A stretch of 36,839 nt of DNA from a virus (taxonomy: Duplodnaviria > Caudoviricetes): IMG/VR virus record IMGVR_UViG_3300017778_001834, positions 1-36,839 of that record. One strand, written 5' to 3'. Below the pieces are notes generated by a model. The model did no database searches, was not told the DNA's origin, and worked only from the letters and a program-made list of their open reading frames with translations. Each line of letters opens with the position of its first letter. Position 1 is the stretch's first letter. The translations under genes were made by a program, and so were the position numbers. Positions 7,327-15,002 of this stretch are shown here, one piece after another.

Positions 7327-7670
7327 GAACCACCGTTGCCGATGTGATCCGCGAGACGGCTGCAAAGCACCGTATCAGCGTGGCAGACCTGATCGGCCAA
7401 AGCCGGGAACGCAAATACGTTCGCCCGCGTCAAGAGGCTATGTATCAGGTGTTCACCAAATGCCCGCACATTTCTTACCCTGAAGCTGGGCGCAGAATGG
7501 GGGGGCGTGACCATACCACCGTTTTGCATGGTGTGAAGGCCCACGCAAAGCGCCTTGGCATTGACTACGCCGACGCCATGCAAATCCGCAAAGGCGGCAT
7601 CAACAAGCCTGTGTTTGCCATTATGGCCAGCGCATACGCCAAATCGTTGGAGGCTCACCGTGTCCAGTAA
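7323..7670 (+). CDS. Stand-alone DnaA C-terminal (domain IV) HTH protein
   Basis: RPRQEAMY...SYPEAGRRMGGRDHTTVLHG matches the DnaA domain IV signature. Confidence 0.85.
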   Translation: MRTTVADVIRETAAKHRISVADLIGQSRERKYVRPRQEAMYQVFTKCPHISYPEAGRRMGGRDHTTVLHGVKAHAKRLGIDYADAMQIRKGGINKPVFAIMASAYAKSLEAHRVQ

Positions 7671-7917
7671 GGGTCATTATTTCCGCCCGTATGCTCCCGC
7701 CATGTTGGAGCGGTCCAATCCCGATATGTCAAAGGATCGGGAGATAGAGGCCAAGCAGCGCGACGCAGACAGACGCTTCGTCATTGCGCTTGCGGAGGCT
7801 TTCCAGCGTGGGGATCATCTGCCAGCGGCTAAACCTGAGCCGAGGCGCACCAGGCCCGTCCCTACTCCTACCACTCGACCTTCACTCTTTGCCGTATGGG
7901 AGGATGACAATGCGTAA
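7660..7917 (+). CDS. Hypothetical protein
   Basis: GGAGG SD and GTG 7660; start uncertain. Confidence 0.55.
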   Translation: MSSKGHYFRPYAPAMLERSNPDMSKDREIEAKQRDADRRFVIALAEAFQRGDHLPAAKPEPRRTRPVPTPTTRPSLFAVWEDDNA

Positions 7918-8074
7918 AAAATCAGGGCATTGGACGCCTGCGGAGGACCGCCTGCTTAAGTCTGGCTCGCTTGCGAAACGCTCCGTGCAGGACGTGGCAA
8001 AGACGCTGAACCGGCTGGAAAAGAGCGTTGTGATCCGCGCTATCGTGATTGGCTTTCCGTTTGCCGACGCATAA
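7910..8074 (+). CDS. Small Myb/GcrA-N-like HTH protein
   Basis: WTPAEDRLLK...SVQDVAKTLNR. Confidence 0.6.
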   Translation: MRKKSGHWTPAEDRLLKSGSLAKRSVQDVAKTLNRLEKSVVIRAIVIGFPFADA

Positions 8075-8076
8075 TG

Positions 8077-8112
8077 AAAAAGGCCCGGCGAGCGCAAAGC
8101 ATCACCGGGCCT
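8077..8112 (-). terminator. Hairpin with A-tract (minus-strand terminator-like)
   Basis: AGGCCCGG(8081)/CCGGGCCT(8105) preceded by AAAA. Confidence 0.45.
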
Positions 8113-8206
8113 CCCCATTCGCAGCGGTTACAAGGGGGAGCCGATCCCCGCTGCGCTTCCCCTTGTCCCGCCTTGATCTTTAACGATCAATAGCGGATAA
8201 AGGTCG

Positions 8207-8294
8207 GTGCGGATCAGGGCTGAGTCTGATGCGCAAAACATCAACGGCTTTCCAGAGGAGCCATCGACTATGCGGTTTTACCGCCTTCCGCCAC
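8207..8294 (+). ncRNA. Candidate structured RNA / leader of the replication operon
   Basis: Nested stems GCGGA/TCCGC, AGTC/GACT, TGATG/CATCA, GGCT/AGCC, GCGG/CCGC after TTGATC-17-GATAAA. Confidence 0.4.
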
Positions 8295-8319
8295 AACGCG
8301 CAAGCCTTCGGGTGATGCC

Positions 8320-9162
8320 GTGAGCGATCCTTTCATCATCGACGGCCCGTGCCTGTGGTCGTTCAGCGGTGGTCGAACTTCGGCCTATATGCTTTGGCGG
8401 GCGCTGCGCTCCTATAAGGGGCTTCTTCCAGCCAATCACGTTGTGGCGTTTGCCAACACTGGCAAAGAACGGCCCGAGACTCTGCGCTTTGTGCATGAGT
8501 GCGGATCGCGTTGGGGCGTCAAGATTGTTTGGCTTGAGTTTGTTTCTCGGTCCGGTCCGAGCGCCGGACGTTACGAGCGTGTCAGCTACAACAGCAGCAG
8601 CCGTGATGGCGAACCGTTTGCGCGGCTGATTAAGGCTAAATCATACAAGCCTAATTCCGTTATGCGGTTTTGCACCGAGGAAATGAAGGTCAATACGATA
8701 AAGCATTTCATTGCTGCGGAGTTGGGCTGGACCGCCTGGTCTAACGCCGTTGGTCTTCGTCACGATGAAGGCCACCGCGTGTTGAAGGCGTTGGCGCGAA
8801 ACTATGAAGGCAAAAGCCCTTGGACGACAAAGGTTCCTCTGGCTAATGCAAACATCACAAAGCGCGACGTCGAGGAGTTCTGGAAAGCGCAGCCGTTTGA
8901 TTTGGGCCTGCGTCCATACGAAGGGAATTGTGACCTTTGTTTCCTCAAAGGGCGCGGAACAATTAAGGCACTGATACGTGAAAAGCCGAGTTCTGCTGAC
9001 TGGTGGATTGAACAGGAGCGCATTGCAAAAGGCTCATTCAACAAGGACTGGTCTTATGCCGACCTGGCGCAAGAAGTCCAGCAGCAGCCACACCTGTTTG
9101 ATGATTTGCTGGATGATGAGCAAGACGCCGAGTGCGGCTTGTGGTGCGGAGCGGACGAATGA
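8320..9162 (+). CDS. PAPS-reductase-family (PP-loop) protein
   Basis: SFSGGRTS, NTGKE, RFCT, GLRHDE, GNCDLCFLKG, C-terminal ECGLWC. Confidence 0.85.
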   Translation: MSDPFIIDGPCLWSFSGGRTSAYMLWRALRSYKGLLPANHVVAFANTGKERPETLRFVHECGSRWGVKIVWLEFVSRSGPSAGRYERVSYNSSSRDGEPFARLIKAKSYKPNSVMRFCTEEMKVNTIKHFIAAELGWTAWSNAVGLRHDEGHRVLKALARNYEGKSPWTTKVPLANANITKRDVEEFWKAQPFDLGLRPYEGNCDLCFLKGRGTIKALIREKPSSADWWIEQERIAKGSFNKDWSYADLAQEVQQQPHLFDDLLDDEQDAECGLWCGADE

Positions 9163-9971
9163 GCGTTCCTTTTATGCAGCTTTATGTCGCTGACTATCTG
9201 GGCGACACCAGGCACCTGACAACCGAACAGCACGGGGCATATTTGCTCCTGCTTATGACCATGTGGCGGTCTGAAGGTGTCTTGCCGGACAACCCCGTAA
9301 AGCTGGCTAGGATTGCGGGCCTGACGCCGTCGCGCTGGCTGAAAATTTGCGCCGAGGTTTTGGAGTTTTTCACGCCATGTGAAGGCGGTTTTACGCAGAA
9401 AAGGCTCTCCGCAGAACTCGCAATTGCTGAAGAAAAATCATCAAAAAGATCAGCGTCGGGGAAAGCCGGTGCGCGGGCTAAGGCGTTGAAATCTAACAAG
9501 GTGGCGTCAGCAAATGCTTCACGATTGCTTAAGCATTCTCCAGAACCAGAACCAGAGTTAAAGAAAGAGAAGGTTACACCTTCTCCAAAGAAAGGCTGTC
9601 GATTGCCTCCCGATTGGACGCCATCTGACGCCGACCTAACATTCGCCGCTAACCAAAACATGACCACCGAGGAGATACGCCGTGAAGCCGATCAGTTCCG
9701 TGATTACTGGATTGCCCGACCTGGTGCGGGAGGCGTCAAACTCGACTGGGCTGCAACATGGCGAACGTGGTGCCGGAACCGCCGCAGTCCTAGCCAAGCT
9801 GGAAAGCCAAGCGCCGGAGGACACAGACCGAAACCTGCTTCAATGGTTGACATCCTCCTTGGGGATCGTGCCGCAGCCGCAAATCAGCCTGACGTATCCG
9901 GTGACGGGTGGCTACCAACGGACAGTGACGGGGTATTTGTTCGAGGGTCTGACACAGACCAACCGTTCTAG
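9159..9971 (+). CDS. Replication initiator-like protein (DUF1376/YdaU N-terminus)
   Basis: PFMQLYVADYLGDTRHLTTEQHGAYLLLL; C-terminal FRDYW...KLDWAATWRTW. Confidence 0.85.
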   Translation: MSVPFMQLYVADYLGDTRHLTTEQHGAYLLLLMTMWRSEGVLPDNPVKLARIAGLTPSRWLKICAEVLEFFTPCEGGFTQKRLSAELAIAEEKSSKRSASGKAGARAKALKSNKVASANASRLLKHSPEPEPELKKEKVTPSPKKGCRLPPDWTPSDADLTFAANQNMTTEEIRREADQFRDYWIARPGAGGVKLDWAATWRTWCRNRRSPSQAGKPSAGGHRPKPASMVDILLGDRAAAANQPDVSGDGWLPTDSDGVFVRGSDTDQPF

Positions 9972-10281
9972 GGCCTTGGAGGCCACCTACAGCGCCATGA
10001 CGCCTGCGACGGTCCAACGGTGCGAAGAACACGTTTCAACGCTCCACGCGGTCACAGCGCACCGTAACGACAGCGAGAATAGCTTGCGGCTTATCCTGCG
10101 GCTTTACGCGGACTGCCTAGCTAGGTTTCCGGCTGACGTGGCCAAGGCGGTGGTGGAGCGGTTCATCTATCGGCCCGACAAGCCCAACTTTTTCCCGACG
10201 CTCTCCGAACTGAAAGATGCTTGCGACAAGGCAGCGGCTCAACGGCAGCAGCTTTTTGCATCGCTTGAAAATAAACGTTGA
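9682..10281 (+). CDS. Putative helicase loader-like replication protein, overlapping the initiator
   Basis: GAGGAG SD and GTG 9682; C-terminal YADCLARFP...FFPTLSEL. Confidence 0.65.
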   Translation: MKPISSVITGLPDLVREASNSTGLQHGERGAGTAAVLAKLESQAPEDTDRNLLQWLTSSLGIVPQPQISLTYPVTGGYQRTVTGYLFEGLTQTNRSRALEATYSAMTPATVQRCEEHVSTLHAVTAHRNDSENSLRLILRLYADCLARFPADVAKAVVERFIYRPDKPNFFPTLSELKDACDKAAAQRQQLFASLENKR

Positions 10282-10312
10282 CTAAGGCCAAGCCGTGAGT
10301 AAACTCAGACCC

Positions 10313-10486
10313 ATGAAGCAGCCAAACCCGATTGCAGTTCGCCCCCGCCAAGGCTCCAAACTGGAAGCCGTCTGGAACGACAACGCTCGTTCTAACAAGG
10401 CAATGGGCGAGATTATTCATTCATGGGCAAGCCAGTTTGCTGAAATGGCAGCGGCTTCCGAACAAGGGGAGAAGACTAATGATTGA
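10313..10486 (+). CDS. Hypothetical protein (possibly leaderless)
   Basis: ATG 7 nt after TTGACT-16-TAAACT. Confidence 0.55.
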   Translation: MKQPNPIAVRPRQGSKLEAVWNDNARSNKAMGEIIHSWASQFAEMAAASEQGEKTND

Positions 10487-10679
10487 CCGTTCCGACTACA
10501 CAGACCACCGCCGCCATGCTGCGATGATGACCGATCAGGCCTCGCACCGTGGATGGGATTTCCGTGCTGCTGACGAGCCGCCGATCTGGTTCCGAGCCTT
10601 GGCCGAGGTGTTCCGCCCTCGCAGCCTCTTCCTGCTGGCCGTGGTGGCTGGTGTCGTTTCGCTCTTTTGGATTGCTTGA
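10479..10679 (+). CDS. Small protein with a C-terminal TM helix
   Basis: GGGGAG SD; ...SLFLLAVVAGVVSLFWIA. Confidence 0.65.
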   Translation: MIDRSDYTDHRRHAAMMTDQASHRGWDFRAADEPPIWFRALAEVFRPRSLFLLAVVAGVVSLFWIA

Positions 10680-10680
10680 T

Positions 10681-10914
10681 ATGGCCGAGAACTGGAAAGC
10701 GGATGAATGCCGCGTGTTCATGGGTGACGGTGGGATCAGCCTGCACAACGTCCCGAACGGCGTTGAGCGTGCCCGCCCCGTCGTAAAGTTGTTCAAGGTT
10801 CTGGGCCTGAACGTCACTCAGGAGTTTGTTGAGGACGCGCCCGACCGGCGGCGGCTGGTCCGCGATCTGGCCCGAAGGCTGCCACGACCCACCCTTACAG
10901 GAGAAGACGTATGA
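10681..10914 (+). CDS. Hypothetical protein
   Basis: MAENWKADE...; tightly packed in the operon. Confidence 0.6.
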   Translation: MAENWKADECRVFMGDGGISLHNVPNGVERARPVVKLFKVLGLNVTQEFVEDAPDRRRLVRDLARRLPRPTLTGEDV

Positions 10915-11180
10915 CCCCCGACGATATGAAGGCGGTTGTCGAGCGGGTCAGCGCGTCTATTTTTAGGATTCCGATTAAAGAAACGCGCGTTATGGCTATT
11001 GACGGACTTTGCCCTGCCGACATCCGCGCCCTCCTGCTCGACTACCAAGAGCGGGGACGGGCGTTGGAGGCAGCGCGGGCCTTTGTCTTCGACGCGACGC
11101 TTGACGACCGATACCCCGACCACGCCGCAGATGTCCTGAACCAGATCGACGCCACCCTGAAAGGAAAGGACCCTGAATGA
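10911..11180 (+). CDS. Hypothetical protein
   Basis: AGGAG SD, ATGA coupling. Confidence 0.65.
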   Translation: MTPDDMKAVVERVSASIFRIPIKETRVMAIDGLCPADIRALLLDYQERGRALEAARAFVFDATLDDRYPDHAADVLNQIDATLKGKDPE

Positions 11181-11386
11181 CCCGCACACAGGCCAACGCC
11201 GCCATCCTCAGGGCCGCCGAGGCATGGGCCAAAACCGACGGCGCATGGGTCGCCGTGGGTAGCCCTGCGAAGGCCGCCAACGCCACTCAGGCCCTCATCA
11301 TCATGCGCCGCAAGGAGGCTCACGCAGACCTCCTGAACGCCGCCTCCGCTCTCATCCCTACCGATAAAGGAAACAACGCGAAATGA
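11177..11386 (+). CDS. Hypothetical protein
   Basis: ATGA coupling at both ends. Confidence 0.65.
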   Translation: MTRTQANAAILRAAEAWAKTDGAWVAVGSPAKAANATQALIIMRRKEAHADLLNAASALIPTDKGNNAK

Positions 11387-11694
11387 TCCTCTCAGCTCTC
11401 ATGGCTGCAAGCCTCGCACTGACCCCAGTGCAGCAAGAAGTTCCCCGCCCCGTTCAGAAACAGGCGGAATACATCACCACCATGCTGGTCATCTGCCGCC
11501 CAGTGATCGACCCCGTCCTCTGGGACGAGTGGCTTCCATTCGCTCTCGATATGGGCGTCACCCGAGAATACATCGACGCCTCGCGGGAGGTTGTTGCTGC
11601 TCGCGACCCATACCCCGTGACCGAAAGGGAGTGTTTGGATACCTTGCTTCTGGAAACCGAAAAGCTCCAAAAGCTGCTGGCCGCCGCCGAATGA
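11383..11694 (+). CDS. Putative exported protein
   Basis: Signal-peptide-like MILSALMAASLA; two Cys. Confidence 0.65.
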   Translation: MILSALMAASLALTPVQQEVPRPVQKQAEYITTMLVICRPVIDPVLWDEWLPFALDMGVTREYIDASREVVAARDPYPVTERECLDTLLLETEKLQKLLAAAE

Positions 11695-11739
11695 TTTGCG
11701 GGCGGTCGGTAATGACCGACTGAACTGGCCGCAGTCGGC

Positions 11740-11931
11740 CTAGCCTAATTCTGCGTCCGCATCGTCGAGGGTGCCAGGATCAGGCCGCAAATCGGTTGCA
11801 GAACGCGGAAATGGTCTGCCGGTGTAGGTTGCCCACCTTGCCCGCTTGGCGCTGGCCTTGCGGTTTAGCGCTTTTGCGGCTTCCATAAACAGGACGCTGG
11901 CGAAAGCATCAAGTGTCACGGCCTGACCCAT
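11740..11931 (-). CDS. Hypothetical protein, last gene of the late arm
   Basis: GGAG SD lies inside the remnant at 11909..11959; MGQAVTLDAF... Confidence 0.55.
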   Translation of the reverse strand: MGQAVTLDAFASVLFMEAAKALNRKASAKRARWATYTGRPFPRSATDLRPDPGTLDDADAELG

Positions 11932-11959
11932 ATTTATGCTCCAGCAGGCTCATTTCCAT
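11909..11959 (-). pseudogene. Orphan duplicate of the metallophosphoesterase 3' end
   Basis: Encodes MEMSLLEHKYGSGRDT* versus EEMSLLEHRYGK* at the end of 12500..13549. Confidence 0.7.
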
Positions 11960-11962
11960 CTG

Positions 11963-11991
11963 TTGACATTGTGTCGGACGGCTTATACATT
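11963..11991 (+). promoter_or_regulatory. Sigma70-type promoter for the HNH-AP2 gene (leaderless)
   Basis: TTGACA-17-TACATT, ATG 5 nt downstream, no SD. Confidence 0.65.
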
Positions 11992-11996
11992 TTTGC

Positions 11997-12491
11997 ATGA
12001 TTGAAATTTCGCTAACTCGCAACGCGGTCATGCTTATTGATGAGGCAGACAGTGCGCTTTTTTCTGACGGTCGGTGGCAAGCGTGCCCATCCCCGCCGAC
12101 AAATAAATTGTATGCCCGCCAAAATCGTTTTCGTGACGGACGCTGGGTTAGCACCCTTGCGCACCGCTTGATAACCAACGCGGGTCCGGGCCAGTTTGTT
12201 GACCATGTGAACGGCGACACCTTAGACAATCGCCGGGCCAATCTTCGCCTTTGCAACCGCAATGAAAACAACCGCAACCGTCGTTTAAACCGTACAAGCA
12301 CATCCGGCTTCAAGGGTGTGTGTTGGTACAAGCAAACTTCCCGATGGAAGGCGCAAATTTGTGTTAACGGCCACAAGCGAGGGTTAGGGTATTTCAGCAC
12401 GCGCGAAGCCGCCGCTGCCGCTTACGATGCCGCTGCTGTAGAAGCGTTTGGTGAATACGCAATGACGAACGCCAAGCTGGGCTTACTGTAG
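11997..12491 (+). CDS. HNH-AP2 free-standing homing endonuclease
   Basis: AHRLI...VDHVNGDTLDNRRANLR (HNH) followed by TSGFKGVCW...WKAQI...LGYFST...AYD (AP2). Confidence 0.92.
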   Translation: MIEISLTRNAVMLIDEADSALFSDGRWQACPSPPTNKLYARQNRFRDGRWVSTLAHRLITNAGPGQFVDHVNGDTLDNRRANLRLCNRNENNRNRRLNRTSTSGFKGVCWYKQTSRWKAQICVNGHKRGLGYFSTREAAAAAYDAAAVEAFGEYAMTNAKLGLL

Positions 12492-12499
12492 AAAGCCGC

Positions 12500-13549
12500 C
12501 TATTTCCCATAACGGTGCTCTAATAGAGACATCTCCTCGAAACTCCACCCACGAACATAGCCACCCCATATCTTCGCCAGACAGACGCCAGAGCGCCACG
12601 TTCCGCCGCCCTTGTTCGCAAAGCCCTCAATGAAGCCGTTAGGCAGGGCTGTGGCGGCTGAATAGACGGTCGGGGTGCGGAACGGCCCCGACTTGTGTTC
12701 CGTTATCTGCGTGGCTCTGTGGTCGTCGCCGTGGTTCGTGTCGCACATAGCCTTGTTGGCGTGTTGGCCCTGAGCAAGAGGCTTGCCGCGACCGTTGAAC
12801 GGAATGTGCGTAAAGCCCACCCCGTCAATAAACCGATACTCGCCATACATGGACGTGCGCCAGCCCCATTGGAGGAAGGCTTCCTCAACCATGTGAGCGT
12901 GAGAAATGCCGTCAGGGTGGAAATTGTCGTATTTCCAAGCGCGGTGTTCGTGGTTGCCGAGCGTGATTAGCTTGCGAGGCTTGAGCGCCCCCAAGCCCCG
13001 CTGAAACTCTTTCTGCGAAGCGTGGAAACTAGCCAACTCTTGTTCAAATGTCGGCTTGGAAAAGCCCTCAAAGGTCGCCCGGTCATTGAACGATGAAAAA
13101 CAATCCATCGTCATCCAGTCGCCAACGGACACCACCCAATCAACGTTATGTTCTGCCGCAAACCGGCCAAGCCAATAAAACCGTTCCTTGTTAGGCAAGT
13201 GCGGGCTATCGTGAGCGTCACCGATAACGCAAACCACAATAGGCTTGCCGTCCGGCATCGGCTCTTTGATATGGTCTTGGGAGACCATCGCCGGAGCGCC
13301 AGGTGAGTGGTGTTGATATTGGCGAGGCCGATACAGCGTCTCATCCGGCTCTAGGCCGTAATTCACCTTAGCCGCCGCAAGCCTACCGTTAACCGTGCCG
13401 CGCGAGATGCCCCATTCATCAGCAGCGGCAGATGCTGCGCCAGCCCCCGACCCTCCCATTCCAGTGGGACGGAAGCCCTCCCTTAGCTTTGCCTCAACGC
13501 GCTCGATTGTCTCGACGGCTAGTTCACGGGAAAGAAGGGGCTGGGCCAT
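12500..13549 (-). CDS. Calcineurin-like metallophosphoesterase with N-terminal HTH
   Basis: GDAH, GDW, GNHE, FTH motifs; N-terminal AAADEWGISRGTV. Confidence 0.85.
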   Translation of the reverse strand: MAQPLLSRELAVETIERVEAKLREGFRPTGMGGSGAGAASAAADEWGISRGTVNGRLAAAKVNYGLEPDETLYRPRQYQHHSPGAPAMVSQDHIKEPMPDGKPIVVCVIGDAHDSPHLPNKERFYWLGRFAAEHNVDWVVSVGDWMTMDCFSSFNDRATFEGFSKPTFEQELASFHASQKEFQRGLGALKPRKLITLGNHEHRAWKYDNFHPDGISHAHMVEEAFLQWGWRTSMYGEYRFIDGVGFTHIPFNGRGKPLAQGQHANKAMCDTNHGDDHRATQITEHKSGPFRTPTVYSAATALPNGFIEGFANKGGGTWRSGVCLAKIWGGYVRGWSFEEMSLLEHRYGK

Positions 13550-13555
13550 CTCACG

Positions 13556-13855
13556 TCACCAAAAGCGCCAGAACGGGCGGGAAGGGGGTGTCAGCGCCTT
13601 TTGTTGAGCGTCGAAGGCTTGGACGGCTAAATCCCTCCGACCGTCGCACACGGCCAGCATAAGGCCCCTAGCGTCGTGCGTGACCTCTAGGTCAGCAATG
13701 GTCGGGCTATCCGGCAACATCGGCAGTTGGCACGGCGTCCGTGCGGCTTCCGGCAGGGTCAGGAGCGGGACAGATGGCCGGGGTGACGATGCACAGCCGG
13801 TTATCAGCAGCCCGTATGCGAGCCACACGATCAGGGTCAAGGGGCGTCTCAGCAT
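13556..13855 (-). CDS. o-spanin (Rz1-like lipoprotein)
   Basis: Lipobox LITGC, Pro-rich, overlaps the i-spanin in another frame. Confidence 0.8.
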   Translation of the reverse strand: MLRRPLTLIVWLAYGLLITGCASSPRPSVPLLTLPEAARTPCQLPMLPDSPTIADLEVTHDARGLMLAVCDGRRDLAVQAFDAQQKALTPPSRPFWRFW

Positions 13856-14147
13856 CGTGTGCTTTCCTCGCGTCGATTTCAGCGTTACGCGAAAGTTCAC
13901 GGATTACAACCTCTCGCGTGTGAAAGGTTTGTGTCGCCGTTGCGATTTCTGCGTTACCCGCCGCCTCGCGCTCAAGCACCGACACTTCGCTTTCCAGTCG
14001 GTCGATCTTGCGGGCGTCGATCCCGAACGGGTCGAATTTGAGGCCAAGAAAGCTAGGCCGAGCTAATCCCGCTAGGCCAAACACCACCACCGCAACCGCA
14101 GCAATGATAAGCCAGCCGGTCGGGGTGATGATGCGAAGATACTTCAC
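13707..14147 (-). CDS. i-spanin (Rz-like)
   Basis: GTG overlapping the endolysin stop; N-terminal TM then coiled coil. Confidence 0.75.
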   Translation of the reverse strand: MKYLRIITPTGWLIIAAVAVVVFGLAGLARPSFLGLKFDPFGIDARKIDRLESEVSVLEREAAGNAEIATATQTFHTREVVIRELSRNAEIDARKAHDAETPLDPDRVARIRAADNRLCIVTPAICPAPDPAGSRTDAVPTADVAG

Positions 14148-14527
14148 GGGTAACGCTTCCGGTCGAGTTCGACGTGCGGGCCGTCGCGGAGGCTTTTCCA
14201 ATCGCCGCCCCAGATGATTGGCACGTTCAGTTCTTTGGCCGCGCGTTTGAAAGCCAAAGCAACCTGACCATAAAGCGGCCAGTCCCACCGAACCTTGCCG
14301 CCCACCAGGACTGCAAAGTCTATCGCATGGCCCGTAATATGACGGCTGTTCATCGTCTGCGATGCGCCCGCTGCCTTAAGTTCACGTTGGCGAGCAACCG
14401 ACCGCAGGCCTTCCGTAATGGTGAAATCGTGCGGGCTGTAGGTCAGGGCGAGTTCCACCACCTTGACCAAATCAGGGTGAACACCCTTGAGCCGAACGCG
14501 GGAACGGGAGCCGAGAACGAATGCCAT
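14144..14527 (-). CDS. Endolysin, M15-family (L-Ala-D-Glu) peptidase
   Basis: GVHPDLV...EGLR...SRHITGHAID...WGGDW..DGPHVEL. Confidence 0.92.
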   Translation of the reverse strand: MAFVLGSRSRVRLKGVHPDLVKVVELALTYSPHDFTITEGLRSVARQRELKAAGASQTMNSRHITGHAIDFAVLVGGKVRWDWPLYGQVALAFKRAAKELNVPIIWGGDWKSLRDGPHVELDRKRYP

Positions 14528-14763
14528 CACGCAACTCCCTTCAGTTTTTCCCACGATTTAAGGCCAAGCACCGCAGCAGCGAAAGTCAGCCAAACCGCCA
14601 AATAACCCTCATTCATGGGCTTGCCGATAGCGTGGCCGATGAACCCGGCGTAGGCCGTGCCGCCGACTACTACCCATCCAGCCGTGGGACGCCACAGACG
14701 GTCGAACGCCTGCCAAGCCCAGTGCTTGCGAATCGGGTGGTCAGGGAGCGGAATGTCGGTCAT
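14527..14763 (-). CDS. Holin-like membrane protein
   Basis: WRPTAGW, two TM segments, LGLKSWEKLKGVA; next to the endolysin. Confidence 0.75.
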   Translation of the reverse strand: MTDIPLPDHPIRKHWAWQAFDRLWRPTAGWVVVGGTAYAGFIGHAIGKPMNEGYLAVWLTFAAAVLGLKSWEKLKGVA

Positions 14764-14993
14764 GCTCCGTCCCTCTTTTCGATACGGTCCAGCTGCTCTT
14801 TCATGGCCCTAGTGCGTTCGTCTAGACGCGCCAGCGTTCCGTCAGCGAGAGGGCCGACGATGCGTTCAAGGCTGGCCACGCGCTGGTTAATGCCGCCGCC
14901 CCAGAAAACGAGGATTGCGGTGTTAATGCCGAGCGTGACGATAACGCCAATCATGGCCCAGTTCAGCTTACGAGCGTCAGAATGCAGGGTCAT
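14760..14993 (-). CDS. Single-TM membrane protein of the lysis cassette
   Basis: N-terminal TM and coiled coil. Confidence 0.7.
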   Translation of the reverse strand: MTLHSDARKLNWAMIGVIVTLGINTAILVFWGGGINQRVASLERIVGPLADGTLARLDERTRAMKEQLDRIEKRDGA

Positions 14994-15002
14994 GGCTACC
15001 TT

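Noticed and set aside
8121-8166. HDV-like/theta ribozyme
   Set aside because: The nested topology is similar, but the L3/P1.1 pairing and the catalytic C-containing J4/2 strand with its adenines are not evident on either strand.
9540-9557. CCAGAA x3 as replication iterons
   Set aside because: Too short and explained by the PEPEPE linker codons, although an origin inside this gene remains possible.
11960-12499. Group I intron interrupting the phosphoesterase
   Set aside because: The upstream gene has its own stop, the endonuclease is on the opposite strand and fills the insert, and there is no room for an intron core.
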